From assembly GCA_036374135.1 (NCBI GenBank), contig DASUUK010000024.1, positions 17,305 to 81,304 on the forward strand: a stretch of DNA of 64,000 nt. Reading direction: 5' to 3'. The position numbers and the translations under genes are program-made. This document shows, piece by piece, positions 59,142-64,000 of this stretch. This DNA is from Euzebyales bacterium (GTDB lineage Bacteria; Actinomycetota; Nitriliruptoria; Euzebyales; JAHELV01). The notes under the pieces were generated by a model. It had not been told where the DNA came from. It made no database searches and worked only from the letters and a program-made list of their open reading frames with translations. Position 1 is the first letter of the stretch; the number at the start of each line of letters is the position of its first letter.

Positions 59142-61025
59142 TCAGCTCGTGGCATCGGGCCGCACCTGCAGCTCGAGCCACCGGGTCTCGGACCGGTCGA
59201 TCTCGGCCATCACCGCATCGAGGTCCCGGGCCAGGCCACCAGCGCGGACATGGTCGTCGGCGGCCGCTACCAGCTCGGCGTGCAGTGCGTCGCGGCGCTG
59301 CTCCAGTGCGGGAAGATCCCGCTCCAGCGTGCGCAGCTCGCGCTGTTCGTTGTAGGTCAGCCTGCCCGGCCGCACGCCGCCCGACCGCTTGGCCACACCG
59401 TCCGATCGGTCGCGTCCACCTCCGGGGCCCGCCGCCGCCTGCGCGGCGTCGTGCACCCGGTACGCGCTCCACCCACCGGGGTGCTCGCGGACCTCGCCGT
59501 CAAGTTCGATGGACCACAGCTGCCCGCACACGCGGTCGAGGAAGAAGCGGTCGTGGCTGGCGGCGACCAGCGTGCCGGGCCAGCCGTCGAGGAAATCCTC
59601 CAGCACCGCGAGGGTGTCGAGGTCCAGGTCGTTCGTCGGCTCGTCCAGCAGCAGCAGGTTCGGTGCCGTCGCCAGCACGCGGAGCAGCTCGAGACGTCGC
59701 CGCTCCCCGCCGGACAGCTCCGAGACCAGCGCCCGTTGCGCACCGGCGTCGAAGCCGAACCGCTCGAGCAGGCCGCTCGCCGACAACGTGATGCCGTCGA
59801 TGGTACAGGTCTCCCGCGCGACCTCGTCGACCGCGTCGATGACCCGCTGGCCGGCCGGTGGTGCCACCGTGTGCTGGTCGTACCACCCGAGGTGCACGGT
59901 CGCCCCGATCCGCACACTGCCGCCGTCCGGCGGCACGTGACCGGCCAGCAACCGCAGGAGTGTCGTCTTGCCACTGCCGTTGGGGCCCACGACCCCGATC
60001 CGGGCGCCGGGCTGCAGCGACGCGGTCACGTCCCGCAGCACCACCCGGTCGCCGTAGCGCTTGCCGGCGTTGTGCAACGTGGCGACCTTGCTGCCGAGCC
60101 GCCTGGCCGGCAGGTCGATGCGCACGCCGCGATCGGTGGTCGCGGGTGCGTCATCCATGAGCTGACGCGCGCGTTCGATGCGCGCCCGCGACTTGCTGGT
60201 CCGCGCGGGCGGGCTGCGCTGGAGCCACTCGAGCTCGGCCCGTACACGTTGACGACGGCGGTGCTCGCGCGCCGCCGCCTGCGCGGCGCGTTCCGCACGG
60301 TTGGCGAGGTAATCGGCGTACGAGCCGTGCTCAGTGTGCAGTGCGCCGTCCACCACCTCGACGATGCGCGTCACGACGCGGTCGAGCAGGTAGCGGTCGT
60401 GCGTCACGAGCACGACGGCCCCACGTTGCGAGGTGATGCGGCCCTCCAACCACTCGATCACGTCAACGTCGAGGTGATTGGTGGGCTCGTCGAGCACGAG
60501 CAGCGGCACCGTGTCGCCGGTGCGCGCCGCGACATCACTGTGGACGAGTGCGCGGGCGAGCGCCACCCGCATCCGCTGGCCACCGCTCAACTCGCCCACG
60601 ACGCGATCCGGGGCGATGTCGAACCGGTCGAGCATGCCGCGCGCGACATGCTCGAGATCCCACAGCCCGTGCGCGTCCATGAGGGCGGTCACATCGGCAT
60701 GGTTCGGGCGGGCGCGATGCTCACGGAAGATGTGGCCGGGCTCGGAGTCCGCGTCCAGCACGGCGGCCAACGCGGCAGTGTCGGGTGCGAGTGCGGGCTC
60801 CTGCGGCACGTACTGGACGGTCAACCGTCGCGCGTGCGTGACCGAGCCCTCGTCGGGGGGCTGTACGCCGGACAGCACCCGCAACAGCGACGACTTGCCG
60901 CTGCCGTTGCGACCGATGACGCCGATGCGATCGCCGTCGTCGATGCCGAGGCTGACATCGTCGAGCACGAGGGCGTCGGCGTACCGGACACGGGCGTGCT
61001 CGACACTGACCAGGTTCATCGCCAC
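59142..61025 (-). CDS. ABC-F family ATPase (two NBDs, no TM domain, C-terminal coiled coil)
   Basis: Two Walker A sites (GRNGSGKSS, GPNGSGKTT), two signatures (LSGGQRMRV, LSGGERRRL) and an interdomain linker (RAELEWLQRSPPARTSKSRARI). Confidence 0.9.
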   Translation of the reverse strand: MAMNLVSVEHARVRYADALVLDDVSLGIDDGDRIGVIGRNGSGKSSLLRVLSGVQPPDEGSVTHARRLTVQYVPQEPALAPDTAALAAVLDADSEPGHIFREHRARPNHADVTALMDAHGLWDLEHVARGMLDRFDIAPDRVVGELSGGQRMRVALARALVHSDVAARTGDTVPLLVLDEPTNHLDVDVIEWLEGRITSQRGAVVLVTHDRYLLDRVVTRIVEVVDGALHTEHGSYADYLANRAERAAQAAAREHRRRQRVRAELEWLQRSPPARTSKSRARIERARQLMDDAPATTDRGVRIDLPARRLGSKVATLHNAGKRYGDRVVLRDVTASLQPGARIGVVGPNGSGKTTLLRLLAGHVPPDGGSVRIGATVHLGWYDQHTVAPPAGQRVIDAVDEVARETCTIDGITLSASGLLERFGFDAGAQRALVSELSGGERRRLELLRVLATAPNLLLLDEPTNDLDLDTLAVLEDFLDGWPGTLVAASHDRFFLDRVCGQLWSIELDGEVREHPGGWSAYRVHDAAQAAAGPGGGRDRSDGVAKRSGGVRPGRLTYNEQRELRTLERDLPALEQRRDALHAELVAAADDHVRAGGLARDLDAVMAEIDRSETRWLELQVRPDATS

Positions 61026-61098
61026 GCGATGCTATCGGGCTGGAGGGCAGTGGCGACCGGCCGCGCGCGGACGCTGCCGAACGCGGGGTCACCCCGAC

Positions 61099-61138
61099 GT
61101 CGCGGCGGAGCGGCCGGCGCCGGCCGCTCCGCCGCGAC
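61099..61138 (-). terminator. Perfect 40-nt palindrome (19-bp GC stem) downstream of acs
   Basis: GTCGCGGCGGAGCGGCCGG-CG-CCGGCCGCTCCGCCGCGAC is seen directly. It begins 9 nt after the acs stop and lies 74 nt upstream of the ABC-F start. Confidence 0.6.
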
Positions 61139-61146
61139 AGGCGTCG

Positions 61147-63087
<1,941 letters not shown>

Positions 63088-63147
63088 TGTGGTTCGGCTC
63101 CTTCATCGTGCGTGGTGCGTGTGCAACCTCTCAGTCATGTTGACCGG

Positions 63148-63178
63148 AACGGCCGTGACTCATGCGGTCACGGCCGTT
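63148..63178 (-). terminator. Hairpin AACGGCCGTGAC-N7-GTCACGGCCGTT downstream of actP
   Basis: A 12-bp perfect inverted repeat lies between the actP stop (63207) and the acs start (63087). Confidence 0.5.
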
Positions 63179-63206
63179 GGCGGATGTCGTGGATCGTGAC
63201 AGACGA

Positions 63207-64000
63207 TCAGTGGGGCCTGGTCGCGGGCGCGGCACCCGGATACCGGATGTCCTCGATCAGGTCCATCATCTTCTGCGGTGGTGGCGCGGTCGCACGTGAC
63301 ACGACGACCGTCACGATCAGGTTGAGCAGTGCACCGATCGTCCCGATGCCCTCGGGGCTGATGCCGAACAGCGGATCGAGCCCGAAGAAGATCGCGCCTG
63401 CCTCATCCGGGACGGTGGCCATGATGTAGGCGGCCGTGAAGATGAGGCCGGTGAGCATGCCGGCCACGGCGCCCTGCGCGTTGGCCCGCTTCCAGAAGAT
63501 CCCGAGCACGATGATCGGGAAGAAGCTCGCGGCCGCGAGACCGAAGGCGAAGGCCACAACCTGACCCACGAACGCGGGCGGGTTGATGCCGAACCATCCC
63601 GCGACGACGATCGCGCACGCCATGGCGATCCGACCGGCCATGAGCTGCTGCGCTTCCGACGCGTTCGGGCGGAACCGCTTGTAGTAGAAGTCGTGCGCCA
63701 CCGAGGACGAGATCACCAGCAGCAGACCCGACGCCGTCGAAAGGGCCGCGGCGAGACCACCGGCGGCCACGAGACCCACGACGATGGCCGGCAGTCCCGC
63801 GATCTGCGGGTTGGCGAGCACCATGATGTCGAGGTCCGGCTCGATCTCGTTCGTGCTCTCAGGATCGGCGACTTCGCCGGGCGCGAACTGGATCGTGCCG
63901 TCCTCGTTCTTGTCGTCGATGGTGATCAGGTCGGCGTCCTGCCAGTCGACCACCCACTGGGGCAGGTTGTTGACCGACGCACCTTCGACCGTGTCGATGA
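63207..64000 (-). CDS. actP: Cation/acetate symporter (SSF family), C-terminal ~264 codons; the gene continues right of the window
   Basis: C-terminal TM helices of the sodium:solute symporter type (GLPAIVVGLVAAGGLAAALSTASGLLL, FFPIIVLGIFWKRAN). The frame stays open through 64000 (..NNLPQWVVDWQD). It is adjacent to acs. Confidence 0.85.
   Translation of the reverse strand, partial: IDTVEGASVNNLPQWVVDWQDADLITIDDKNEDGTIQFAPGEVADPESTNEIEPDLDIMVLANPQIAGLPAIVVGLVAAGGLAAALSTASGLLLVISSSVAHDFYYKRFRPNASEAQQLMAGRIAMACAIVVAGWFGINPPAFVGQVVAFAFGLAAASFFPIIVLGIFWKRANAQGAVAGMLTGLIFTAAYIMATVPDEAGAIFFGLDPLFGISPEGIGTIGALLNLIVTVVVSRATAPPPQKMMDLIEDIRYPGAAPATRPH

Overview
Very GC-rich actinobacterial (Actinomycetota-type) chromosomal core segment, densely coding on both strands. 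I call about 55 protein genes and recognised no rRNA, tRNA, CRISPR array or IS element. Many long ORFs in the track are antisense shadows typical of saturated GC3.

Gene order, left to right:
- secA (5' part), an orphan LuxR-type response regulator, comF and hisE-hisG.
- A mannose-activation block: SIS PGI/PMI, Trm112-like, manB and DUF3499.
- A conserved but functionally unassigned envelope block: a DUF5719-like secreted protein, a 1044-aa GT2/polytopic-membrane fusion and whiB.
- rarA.
- An accessory cell-wall glycopolymer locus: CsaB-like pyruvyltransferase, WecB-like 2-epimerase, TetR, a giant M14 peptidase, a GT-C membrane glycosyltransferase, a Wzm/Wzt-type ABC exporter whose ATPase ends in an Arg/Gly-rich tail, a GT2, an LCP ligase and a TIGR03089-like protein.
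- Acyl-CoA thioesterase and acyl-CoA dehydrogenase.
- An MgtE/SLC41-like channel with a separately encoded PhoU-TrkA_C protein.
- birA, pccB, accE and accA, interleaved with two opposite-strand lipoprotein genes, one of them a cupredoxin.
- A radical copper oxidase with lectin-like C-terminal repeats.
- An aldehyde dehydrogenase / aminotransferase / alanine dehydrogenase operon.
- Sco/CtaG, lpdA, and a stand-alone acyl-CoA mutase large subunit.
- sdhCAB, a decayed SARP-family regulator remnant, gdh, an RDD protein, orn, ABC-F, acs and actP (partial).

The signals I could not explain:
1. A 36-nt near-identical element (33/36) that wraps an ATG in a conserved hairpin. It occurs twice, each time 4-5 nt after an upstream stop codon (31971 and 43145).
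2. The pyruvyltransferase/epimerase/ABC-exporter locus with an RGG-tailed Wzt-like ATPase.
3. The channel-only MgtE-like protein with a trans-encoded PhoU-TrkA_C partner.
4. The frameshifted SARP relic in the only large non-coding gap (55.1-55.6 kb).

From memory, the overall order parallels the M. tuberculosis secA1 to sdh region. This should be verified by comparison.
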